Source: the human T2T-CHM13v2.0 reference genome, Homo sapiens. Taken from it: DNA of 64,000 bases. The notes under the pieces were generated by a model. The model made no database searches and had not been told where the DNA came from. It saw only the letters and a program-made list of their open reading frames with translations. Position numbers and translations under genes: made by a program. Below, in pieces: positions 42,561-53,950 of the stretch; the first letter of the stretch is position 1; the number at the start of each line of letters is the position of its first letter. The stretch is from assembly GCF_009914755.1 (NCBI RefSeq), contig NC_060926.1; one strand, written 5' to 3'.

Positions 42561-42934
42561 CTGGAGTGGCAGAAAGCCATGAGATTTGGTAGTTGGGTCT
42601 GAGGGGCGCTCTTTTTTTTCCTTTTCTTTCTTTCTTTCTTTTTTTTTTTTTAAACTGATTTTTGGGGGAGAGAAGATCTGCTTTTTTTTGCCCCCGCTGC
42701 TGTCTTGGAAACGGAGCGCTTTTATGCTCAGTGACTCGGGCGCTTTGCTTCAGGTCCCGTAGACCGAAGATCTGGGACCAGTAGCTCACGTTGCTGGAGA
42801 CGTTAAGGGATTTTTCGTCGTGCTTTTTTTTTTTTTTTTTTTTTTCCGGGGGAGTTTGAATATTTGTTTCTTTTCACACTGGCCTTAAAGAGGATATATT
42901 AGAAGTTGAAGTAGGAAGGGAGCCAGAGAGGCCG

Positions 42935-42946
42935 ATGGCGCAAAGG
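42935..42946 (+). CDS. MEIS1: MEIS1 coding exon 1 (MAQR)
   Basis: ccgATGGCGCAAAGG|gtacgt; joins exon 2 in phase 0 to give the known N-terminus MAQRYDDL. Confidence 0.95.
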
Positions 42947-44815
42947 GTACGTATTAAAAAACAATTGTGGAACTCAAATGTGAGATTAAATTGAAACGTG
43001 GCCGAAAGACACTGCTAAAAAGTTTCCTTTTTTTCTCTCTCTCTTTTAAAAAATGAGGCTCCTAAAGCCGTGGCCTAAGCGAGAGGATTTATTCAATGCA
43101 TTTGTAGACTTATGTATGTTACTTGGAGTTGTTAATTAAAGGAATCTATTTATCTATAGATTCCTAACCAGCAGCTATATAAATAAAAATGCAAGCTCAA
43201 ACAATCATCTGGGTTTTTTTTTAAAAAAGCTAGATACCTAAAGCTGTAATTTGAACATTCAGAGATCAGAAGTTTAAAGTTATGTTTAAACTAAAATATG
43301 CAGCTGGAAACTTCTGATATGTTATTGATTATGCTCATCTTTAATATCACTAGAAGTATTCAGCTTTTTAAAGGAAATAACTTTGTCATAGTATAGCCAA
43401 TTTTTTGGTCAGAAAACATTCATCTTTTTATAGTAATTTCAATTTGTATAGACTTGTATACAAGGCAATATTTTGCAAGTTTCTCTTAGATAAGCCCTCT
43501 ACTAATTGAATACTAAGCACACAGTTACTCACTTTAAAAATGCAATACTAATTTCCCCATATTCCTTTTTCAATGGAAATGCAGTGAGAGTAAAGTGAGA
43601 CAATGACAACCCAACTGAGGTAGTTTCTTAAAAGAAAGGGGGTCTACAAAAAGCCTTCCTTGCATAATTTGTGTCCTGGCCCTCAAAGCCCTGTTTGCAA
43701 AAGAAAGTTACTAGGCTGACACAGTTTTCTTTACTCCTTTGGTTCAGGCAAATGTCAGCGTTCTTCCAAACTCTTTTCACACCTCTGGCTTTAAGGAGAT
43801 GAAAGTGGCAATTCCTCCTTTCTTTGAAAATCATTTCACTCTCAGCGCCTCCAAATCTTGGGAAAATAACTGCCTGGAATGAACCAATTAGAAAAACCTA
43901 AATAGCTAAATTTCACACACACAAAATAATGACAATCAATATGAAAGTAGTTTTTTTTTTTTTTTTTCTGGAAGAGGAAGATGGAAAGTTGTGCATTTGC
44001 TTTTGAATTTGCTTTAAACCTGGTGAGTAACATTTGCCTCCTTGACTTCTAGTCTGGAAACAAAGTTCATAAGAGTAAATAAGAAAATAGAATATTAGCT
44101 GCTTCAACTATAGATTTTCTTTAACTTTGGGGGTGGGGAATTGCCCAATTCTAAATTCAGCTCTGATGTTCAGGAAAAGCTACCCTCCTTTGAGTTTCAC
44201 TTATAAGGGGTCAGTTAGTTTTGTATAATTTAGCAGAGTTTGTCTTGGAAAGCAAAAGAAATGCAGTGTCTTGTAGGACTGCCTAACCTCACGCTGGCAG
44301 GGAAATAAAATGAGAAGCCTGTCTAAATTCACGTGCTTTGCGTAGCTGTTCCCATCGTAACTTTTTTTTTTTTTTTTAATTCCCCCTGATGTGAAGGGGC
44401 TGTGAAACTAGGCGGGTTTGCTGCAGTGTCCTGGCACGTTTTATTATTGTGATTTTGAATTTCTTCCTCCAGAGACATGCCCGTTTCACCTTCTACCCTC
44501 GGGAGAATGCTTCTCTTTCTCTCTTTCTTTCTTCTTTCCTTCTTGCCAAAGGAGCCTGAATTTCTAAACTAGTTGATAGGGACACAAGTTAGGGCAAGAT
44601 CATTCATCCCAGACGAGTCTCGCTGAGAATTCTGTATTTTTTACTTAAAGCTTTAATTTTAAAATAAGAAAAACTCAGCTTTATAGATGCAAGGCCACCG
44701 AATTCCGGGTGGAAGGACCCAGCTGTATTGACCTTATATAAGCTCGGTGCCTTGCCGTTCTCCCATTTGCCCGCCTGGCCTCCTGAACCTTCTTTCTCTC
44801 CTGTTTGTCATGCAG

Positions 44816-45042
44816 TACGACGATCTACCCCATTACGGGGGCATGGATGGAGTAGGCATCCCCTCCACGATGTATGGGGACCCGCATGCAGCCAGGTCCA
44901 TGCAGCCGGTCCACCACCTGAACCACGGGCCTCCTCTGCACTCGCATCAGTACCCGCACACAGCTCATACCAACGCCATGGCCCCCAGCATGGGCTCCTC
45001 TGTCAATGACGCTTTAAAGAGAGATAAAGATGCCATTTATGG
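44816..45042 (+). CDS. MEIS1: MEIS1 coding exon 2 ([12 protein letters not shown]...KRDKDAIYG)
   Basis: tgcag|TAC...TATGG|gtaggt, 227 nt; matches the ORF track 44747-45046. Confidence 0.98.
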
Positions 45043-46703
45043 GTAGGTACAATGGGCAGCAGGTTAAGTAGTTGAGACTCAACGCTTCCCTCCTTCTCTG
45101 TGCCCTTGGTAAGAGGAAAGTCAGAGTTCTCTGGATTGGAGGTACATCTTTGGTGACTTTTCATTCACATTTCATGGATAATTTGGGGAGGTGGCCTGCC
45201 ATCCCTGAAGCCCTACATCCCCATACACACTCTGTGCACATCCAGTGCCCTGCTCCACCATGGCAGTGCCCGCAAGGGGGTCCCAGATGAGAAGAAGCTG
45301 GCTAAAGGGCCCTTGTCCCCTCTCAGACTCCTTCAGCGGGCTGGAGTCCTCCCTCGCTCGATTTCGCCCGAGAGCGTTAGGGGTTTCTAAATGCAGGCGC
45401 CTTTGTGTTGTAACGAAACTTTTAGTTTAAGGGAAAATCTCTTTTAAGCCACTGATTGTTCTGACTTGCTGAGTTTACTCAGCAGCCTTATGCTGGCTCT
45501 GCCACTGCACAATAAAACCAAAGCAGGACAGTTGCAGGTCAAGCAAGGGGGAACATGTTTTGCATTTAGGGAGTTTGACCACTGAAGTCAAGGAGAGGAG
45601 CTTGCTCTGAATTGTTACACACATTAAGAAACTTCTAGATGTTTTAGCACTTTGTGCTCAAAGGCGAAACCTGCAGGATTTAGAAATAAGTAAATTCGGG
45701 GTGCTCTTCCTCGGAGGTTGTTTTCTGGCTGCGGTTTATACTGCTTTCTCCTCCGCCATTCGATTAGACCCTGGGCTAGTAGAATCCTTTGAAACTCACT
45801 TGTGCCTACTGTGTGCCGATGAATTTGGGAACCTCTTTTTACTTTGCAGAAACTTTTATTTCTATTTATTTATTTTTAAAAAATCAGGACACACTGACCC
45901 TCCCTCGCTGGAAAAAAAAATATATATAATCTTTTTATTTTATTTTCTGATCCCTTGTGCGATGGGCTTGTTTAATTCCCACCGTTCTGTCCGCAGAGTT
46001 AACTACAAGTGGTTTAGGCTCTGGGACAGAACATTTGGGGAAGCTTTGTAAAGGACCCCAAACTGTTAAATTCCCAGCTGAGCTGTGAGAGCTAATAAAA
46101 GACTTGAGATACCTCCTTGGGCATTAGAAGAAGCTTTTCTTTCTTTCTTCTTCTTCTTTTTTTTTTTTTTTTCTTTTTTATGGGCTGAGACAAGCGACAT
46201 CTAGGCCCCTCGCAATACTAGCTGCTTTGCCACTTCGCAGAGACAAAATGAAAGGCTCTACTGCAGGAACATTTGAAGGAACTTTCTTTGGGGGGCGGTG
46301 GGGGCTATCAGCGAAGGGAGGGGAATGTGCGTGGAGCTGAGGAGGAGCCTCCCGGCTCTCCGAGGGCCTTGGGGTTGGGATCCCTAGGTGCAGCCCGTTG
46401 ACAGTCGGCCCCACGGCCATGGACGTCCTTTCCCCAAGTTAGCTGAGCGCCTGCCACCGAGATCCCCCGAGCCTGGGCTTCGCGCGGCCGCCTAGGAGGA
46501 ACCCGCAGGAACCAGCCCTCCCCAACTCTCCGCCCGGCGCCTTTCTCCTCCACCGGATCCTGGATGTGCAGTGGAGGGGACGAGGGCTTGTCGGGTGGGA
46601 AACTTAATTCAAAATGGCTGCTGGAAACGCTTGGGTTTTATTCGTAGCAAATGTTGCCAATTTCTCCGGCCAGATACGCTAAACCGATCCTCAGATACCG
46701 TCC

Positions 46704-46747
46704 ATGGCTCAGGGCCTCCGACTTCAGGGCTCCAGGAGGAAGGGGAG
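46704..46747 (+). CDS. MEIS1: Candidate alternative first coding exon of MEIS1 (MAQGLRLQGSRRKG+R)
   Basis: tccATGG start, 44 nt open, GAG|GTGAGC donor in phase 2 matching exon 3. Confidence 0.55.
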
Positions 46748-46751
46748 GTGA

Positions 46752-47084
<333 letters not shown>

Positions 47085-47118
47085 TAAAAGAAACAAAAAG
47101 AGAGCCCCCCCTTCGCCA

Positions 47119-47143
47119 ACACACACGCGTGCGCGCGCGCGCG

Positions 47144-47182
<39 letters not shown>
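47119..47182. repeat. Compound (AC)/(GC)n/(AC)19 microsatellite in intron 3
   Basis: Direct reading. Confidence 0.95.
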
Positions 47183-47184
<2 letters not shown>

Positions 47185-47651
47185 CACACTTTCAAAAGTA
47201 GCCAGCACGTAGTCGGCCTTAAGCCATGCATGTTACCTCCAACCTCAGATTTTCTCTCTGTCTGAGTGTCTGTTTGCAGATAACTTAAAATCACCCATCT
47301 GCATCCCCACTCACCCTCCAGAAAGCAAACGTGGAGAGCTCACTCTGCAGAATAAAATCAAGAACACCACGGTTGTAGCTGCTGTGGACTCGGCGGTCTG
47401 AGCAGCCTCCCCGAGAGCCGTAGTTGCTAGTAGAAGTAAGATTGAGCTCTGGGCTTGTTTTCAGCTTATTTAATTCACACTGAAATGTTTCTGCGCGGGA
47501 CGAACTCGGTGTCACCGGGTCCCTCCCGGAGGGTTACTTCCTGCCCCCGACAGTGTAATGAGGCAAGAAACTAGGAAGGCGACCAGATTTCAAATTTTTC
47601 TTTCTTTTTTCTCTCCCCTCCCTCTCCCCTCTCCTTCTCACTTGTATTTAG

Positions 47652-47702
47652 ATTCGCGCAGAAAAACCTCTATTTTCTTCTAATCCAGAACTGGATAACT
47701 TG
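47652..47702 (+). CDS. MEIS1: MEIS1 coding exon 4 (IRAEKPLFSSNPELDNL)
   Basis: Long pyrimidine tract, ttag|ATT...TTG|gtaaga, 51 nt. Confidence 0.97.
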
Positions 47703-48503
47703 GTAAGAGCGGACCCCTATTTCCCTCCCCCGCCCCCGACCCCCTACCTCCCACCTCCAACGCCCTCAGCTTTGCTTTGAGAGCCCTGAGATTTCTAGAC
47801 CGGTCTTCCCGTGCCTGCAGGTTGGCTGCAAATGTTTCTGTACACGGACAACTGGTCCGGGACAAGATCCCGGGGAAATAAATTCATCTCGAGAGGGGCC
47901 GGGCGAGCCAGCGCGGGGAAACGCGAGCTTTTGTTTTTTATGACAGCCGGGCTGCGCAGCTCTAATCAGCGCGGGGATTTATCTCCCGGCCTGTCAGCAT
48001 GTGTGCTTAAACTTTGCGGACTTCCTAGCCCTCTAAGTCCCATCACGAGGGCAGCCACCGGACAAGAGCCCCCAAACAACCAGTTTGCCTGAAAGGTGTA
48101 AGGAAGGCAGCAGAAACTTTGCAATGGGAAAAGCCACAGTTTGAGGGCCATTTGGAATATTTTTCTGTCCACTCCTTCCAAGGACACATGTAGTCCAGTG
48201 TTGTGGCCCTTTTGGGGTGGGGTGGGGCCAGTGGGACTGAGAAAGGGGAGAGCCATGGGGGAGGAGGGTGTTTATGATCCTCACTTAGATGCTGTGTTGT
48301 TGTTTTAGCTAGTTTTTTTTTTCTTAAGAAATATAAACCTCTAGATGGTACCCAGTTGCTGCTATTAAGTTTTAGTGTTATTGCCATAAATCAAAATAAC
48401 TCTATTTACTGGTGGGAGGGGGTGGGCTGGAGATGGTAGAGCTGTGGCAGCCAGTTTTCTGCAAGCCAGGAATGGGGTGCTTATTGTTTTTGTATCTTTG
48501 CAG

Positions 48504-48554
48504 ATGATTCAAGCCATACAAGTATTAAGGTTTCATCTATTGGAATTAGAGAAG
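48504..48554 (+). CDS. MEIS1: MEIS1 coding exon 5 (MIQAIQVLRFHLLELEK)
   Basis: tgcag|ATG...AAG|gtaatt, 51 nt. Confidence 0.98.
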
Positions 48555-49977
48555 GTAATTTCTCTAGCCTCTTTTCCTTTTACTTACCCCTTACCCCCAA
48601 ACACACAGGGGGGAGGGTTCCGAATGGCTGAAGTTCAGCCTTCTGATACATTTGCATAAATGTCTTTCTTTCTGGTAATTAGTGTCAAGGCCAATCTTAG
48701 CGTCCATTTCTCTTCGCAGTTTAATTACAATTTCAGCCACTAAAACTGGGATCACAAACGCCCTAGCCTTGTGTTCATTCTTAATAACTTGCTGGCTTTG
48801 TGTAAATAGTTGCAATTCTGTGCATCCCAGCTGATGTTTCGAATGCTGCTCTGAGGTTGTTTCACAAGTTCATACCTCTGTTGTCTCTTCTCATCCTCTT
48901 CCTTCTCTTCTTTGCTACCTCTGAGGGAGAAAAAAGTTTTATTCAGTTGTAGTGAGTTTCTGGAAGACAGTCTTGAGAGCAAGGGCAGATCAGACACAGG
49001 GGAGAGGCAGAAGGGGAGAAGGAGGAGGAGCGGGAAGGAGTCTGGAGGAGGTGGTGGGGAGGCACATTAAACGTTTTGCAGAGACAAAGCAGAGTTGATA
49101 GTTGTGTCAATTTCTTGAATCTGTGAATCCTGCACACACTCCACCTTCACACTCAAGAAAGGGTGTGGGATAACATGATTTTGCTAGCTGTTCTATAAAT
49201 CTCAGCAATAAAAACTTAATGCATTGTAATTCAAACTAACATTAAATTGCAAGCACACTGGGGTTTCTTGTGAATTTTTGCATGTCAGTGATGCCTGGGA
49301 CCTCTAGGAAACCTCTGCACTTACACTTAAATATTTTGAGGCATTCCTTCTCCTCAAAAAAAAAAAAAAATCAATTTGATATGTTTTTGTGTGGCTGTAT
49401 GTTTTCCCATATCAGGAGTACTGGCAACTTGATTTCCTTCCATTTTTTTTTCAAAGAAAGTTTTCTAAAATATACCCCTTAGAGATAAAAACCTTCATTA
49501 CAAATATAATAAGGACTTGGGTTGTCAGGCATTTATCCTATGCCACCACAGTACAGGTTCTTTGGAGAATATATATGTGCATATATACACACGTATACAT
49601 TTTTTTCTTAGACACATTAGAAAGGGATTTATGATAAAGTCACTGGATGAAATTAAATAGTTTACCTTAAATGTCACCTACGCAGGTCACCTCTCTAATG
49701 ACCACAGCCCCAGGAGCAGATGAATTTAACACGGGTGTTGAATATGTTGTAGCCTGTGAATCATCTTGTCACTGTCAATTTTCTGGGATATCTCTATTTT
49801 GCAAGAAAAGAAAGTTATTCCTAATTCTGGATGCGTCTGGGGGTCTCTGGAGGACAATTGCCCTGTGTTTCCCCTATTTGGAAGTTTGGATCTCACAAGG
49901 GGGGTGGATTGCACTTGTCAATGTCATTTATGCACTCCTGATTATATTCCCATTTTTTTATTTCTGTCATAATGTAG

Positions 49978-50124
49978 GTACACGAATTATGTGACAATTT
50001 CTGCCACCGGTATATTAGCTGTTTGAAAGGGAAAATGCCTATCGATTTGGTGATAGACGATAGAGAAGGAGGATCAAAATCAGACAGTGAAGATATAACA
50101 AGATCAGCAAATCTAACTGACCAG
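49978..50124 (+). CDS. MEIS1: MEIS1 coding exon 6 ([28 protein letters not shown]...NLTDQ)
   Basis: tgtag|GTA...CAG|gtatgc, 147 nt. The gene continues past the window; I found no further coding exon in 50125-64000. Confidence 0.98.
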
Positions 50125-52239
50125 GTATGCGCTTTTCAATTTCAACATCCCTGGGAAAAAAAAAAATCTGTATGCATATTGCTTGCTGGGTCACTACCAC
50201 CTCCTTTTATTATTTGCATATGATTAAGTCCCTTTTAGATACATTTCCATCGAAATGAAAATTTTTGAATAATGTGGCTATTATTGCTTCATTAAGGCTG
50301 GCTCTGGGATTCGACCTGAAGAGATGAGCTTGTAAAAGCTTTGCTAGCAAACTTGACCTGTTTCTTGTCGCTTTTAATTTTTGTCTTTATTTTATTTACC
50401 CTCTATAATAATGGGAGTGTTAACTGCCAGTGACCGCCTCTGATTGTAGGGGCTTTGTTCCGGAGCATTTTTCCCCCTTCTATCTTCAAGAAAAGACAAG
50501 TGTAGGGTCTGCTTATTTCTTATTTTATTAGGAATAAATCCAAGATAGGTGGTCTAAGAAAGACAGCGAGAGTTTGAAATCTAGCAAATGCTGGCTATTT
50601 TCTCCCTGTCTGTACGGTTCATTAGCCTGTCTTGTCAGTTTTCCTCGGCCGAACGCTTCTAGACCTCACTGAACATTGCTTTGTGTGGTGTTCACTGCAA
50701 GCTCACCCATTTTATTGTACTTAATAGAAAAAATAAGACCAGGCCGAGGTTATAAAAACAGATAAATATGGACTTTTCTCCTCCTTCTTTCCACTCATCC
50801 TCCAGCTGGTATGTGCTCTGGGCCCTCTGGGTTGGCAGCTTGTGGACATATCAGCATCAGGGGCACCCCGGCGGCTCCCTGGGTAAGGAGTGTGGGGGAC
50901 CTCGCACCGCCTTTGCTCTAAACTGAGGGCCTTGGCTTGCTGCACCCTCTCCTCTCCTGTCTTCCCTCCAGGCCCTTCTTCCGATGCGTTACTAAGTGGG
51001 GACGACTTTTATTTGGAATTGCTGTGGGGATTTCTCTCTCTCTGTCACCCCAACACCACCGTTTGCTCCCAGGGTGCCTCTCTCTCTCCTGTGGCTGTAT
51101 CTCTGGATTGGTCCAAAGGAGTTGCAAAAATGCAATGAAAGTGAAAACGTGTAGAGTGAGTGAGATGAAACAGGGCTCAGAACAGTTCCGTTGCGAATTG
51201 TTGCAAGGCGTCTAGAGATTTGGGTAGCTGGCCTGCTCTGCACCCTCCCACCCTTCCCCCCTATATAAGTGAAGTCCCAGTGTTGTTTCTCTTTCTGACT
51301 CGGCACGTGAGTCCAGATTTGGGGGAAGAGATCAGCCTGCCTTTGTTAAGCCAAAGGCCAGCTACTCTGCAAGCTCTGCCATGATCTCTGTTGGCCAGTG
51401 GCTGTCTTGTACAGTCCTTGTCGAGCGCCTGACGCCTGGTTCTTAGTGTCATCTTATGGTTTTCTTCTCTCAACATCATCCTCTTAAAATACATTCTCAG
51501 CTTGATTTTCTCTGGGCAATCCCCGCGACATGGGCTGAATTCCTCTTTTGCCCATGGGGAGCGAGAAACAGGCAGAGCAGAGATTTAAAAGTGCCAATGC
51601 GCCGGGTCCGCACTGTGATCTGGAGAGTTGGAAACTTTCGGCAGTGTAGTCCATTGCACAGAACACGCAGCGTGCGCAATCCCAGTGCGGCCCCACAGAA
51701 GTGGGAAAACTGCAGGCGGCTCCCAGCCTTGGCCCCCGCGGGCGGCCCGGGCCTCACGTCTGGTTCAGCCCGCCAGCCCTGGCCCGGGAGCTGTTGAGTG
51801 CAGATTCTGCTGAGGAACCCTCGAGTAGCTGCTGTGGAATAAAAATTGCAATCCAACAAGCCTAACTGGAAAATGGGATTCTAAAAGCTCCGGAGTGCTG
51901 GGTACATAAAGCTATTTGAGCAAATTACAAGAATCGCTTAGGGGCATGAATGAAATCAACACTTTAATTGCCTCCAAAATGAAGATTTATACCCCATTTT
52001 CTCAAGGAATCATTATTTTATTAAAGTCAAAGATAAAAGACCAAAGTTATGGGAATTTTTTGGAGGGGGGAGAGAGAATACAAAAATTAATATAATATCA
52101 TGGAGCTCCCCCCTTCTCCTTCCCTAAACTTTTGTTACCCAATTCCCTTCAGATATGCAAATATTGGTATGCAATTGTATCGGATAAAACTTCTCATTTT
52201 ATTGTCTTCTACCTCTAAAATGAGAATCTGACTTCTGGT

Positions 52240-53950
52240 CCCCGCTGGTTAAGAGTGGGCTTCGAAGCTTTGGCTGAGCTCGTGGCGCTGTTGGCCTATG
52301 CGCCTGGGCTCGCTTGTGTGACCCCCTGGGGCTCACCCAAGTTTCAGCTGGTCGGAGGACAGCAAACCCAAGGTCCGGTTTGGAGAGGGGAGCGCAAAGC
52401 GCTGGACGCATGCGGTACAGTGCCACGGCCGCCGGTGGGCTCCACTGCCCTGGGGAGCTGAGGCGCGACGAATGAAGCACCAGGGCGCCTGGTGGGCGCC
52501 AGTTCTCCGGTCTGGAGCCTGCTGGCCTGTCCCTCCGGGGCGCTGAACCCCTAGTGCGGCGTCCTGGGGGCCGGGCAGGAAGGATGGCCTCTCCACCTGT
52601 CTGCGAATGCAGCCCAGCCAGTTTGAGCCTCCGCAGAGGGTGCGCTCCGGGACTGGGCGCTTCTCGTGCTGTGAGAACGCTGGGCCTTGTTAGCTCATTA
52701 ACCCCTCTGTCTCTAGGGCCCGTTGGCGGCACGGTTTATTTTATTTTACCTGTTTTCCTCGGAGGGCGCGAAGACTGCCACCCGCGCGGGGACCTGGGAT
52801 CGACGACTTTGATACTAGGCGGTATCCCGGAGGGCTAAGTCGGCGGAAATCCACTTGACCTTGTAGCGTTAGTCCTTTCTTTTCCTTTCCTTTCCTTTTT
52901 CTTTCTTCTCTCTTTCCTATTTATTTATTTATTTTAAAAATAGGATTAAGACACCAGTAGAAGCTGTAATCCCGTTCCTTCCCCCACTCCCAGTCTTCCG
53001 GGCCGCCTGGAGGTCCCTGCCGGAGAGAGCCACTTTGGCGGGCGCAAGCCTCCTGGGCGCCCTCTCCTGACCGCCGCGCTCTCGGCTCGGCTTGGCTGTT
53101 CCGGGCTCCCAGAGGCTAGGGGAAGCGAGGGGCGCCAGGGGCTTCCCGGCCTCAGCGTGGGGCGAGGTCCCGGCTGCGACCCCGGAGCAGAGGGAGAGGG
53201 GGGCCATGATGCTAGGCGTCGAGGCGAGGGTTGAGCCTGTTTGGCTTCAGAGAACGATGCGGGTTCGACCGGAAGCGGGGCGCGTGTTCTAGGGGCCCTT
53301 GGGTGGATTAGGGGGCGCCAAGAGGGGTTAGGCGAGGAGAGGCCTGGCCACCCAGTTGCTAGACTTTAGGCCGCACTCCAGGAAGGAGCAGTCGGCTTCC
53401 TTCCTAGGCCGCTTCTATTGCGCGCCACTCCTTGAATCTAAGCATTTTCCACTCCAAGAACGCGTTGGGAGAGAGGGGAGAGCGGAGCAGAGTCTCTAGG
53501 CCCCCAGGGCCGCCTCCCGGGGTGGCCACGCCTGCCGGTAGCGAGCCGAGATTAGCTAGGTCTGTGCTCGGGCCTCAGCGGTGGCCCTGGCTCTTCCCAT
53601 AAGCAGCGGGAGGCAGAGAAATGGTCCCTTTGGATTACAGTTTTTATTCAACAGCAGCTCTCCGGGGGGTCCTCGTCTGAATCTGCATTTAGCAGCTCCT
53701 GGGCGAAGGCTGTCGGGCTGCACAGGACGCCCTGTTGCATGTTAATCCAGATTTGTCTCTGACGTCTGGGGAGAAGTAATATGGCTTGCAGTTATGGAAC
53801 CAGAGCGCCACGCTCGCCAGGCAGGTTAAATGCCAAGTGCTGCCGAGCTCCCGGGGGACGGCCGCCGGGGCTGTGCAGCCCAGACTGGAGAGCGCAGGGC
53901 CGCCAGGCCTCTGGGATCTGGGGCAGGCCGGGCCCGGTGCGCTTTGGTTC
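52240..53950. promoter_or_regulatory. Intron 6 CpG island (smaller block at 51520-51800)
   Basis: CpG-dense ~1.7 kb of unique sequence. Confidence 0.88.

Noticed and set aside
46141-46178. T-rich tract as the true 3' end of the antisense RNA
   Set aside because: A genomic A-run on the minus strand would cause internal oligo-dT priming, and no adjacent AATAAA is seen.
52478-52494. CACCAGG-GCG-CCTGGTG hairpin
   Set aside because: A 7-bp stem in GC-rich DNA is expected by chance.
53120-53322. CTCF-like AGGGGGCGC cores near 53129 and 53310
   Set aside because: The 5' CC of the consensus is missing and such partial matches are expected in CpG islands.
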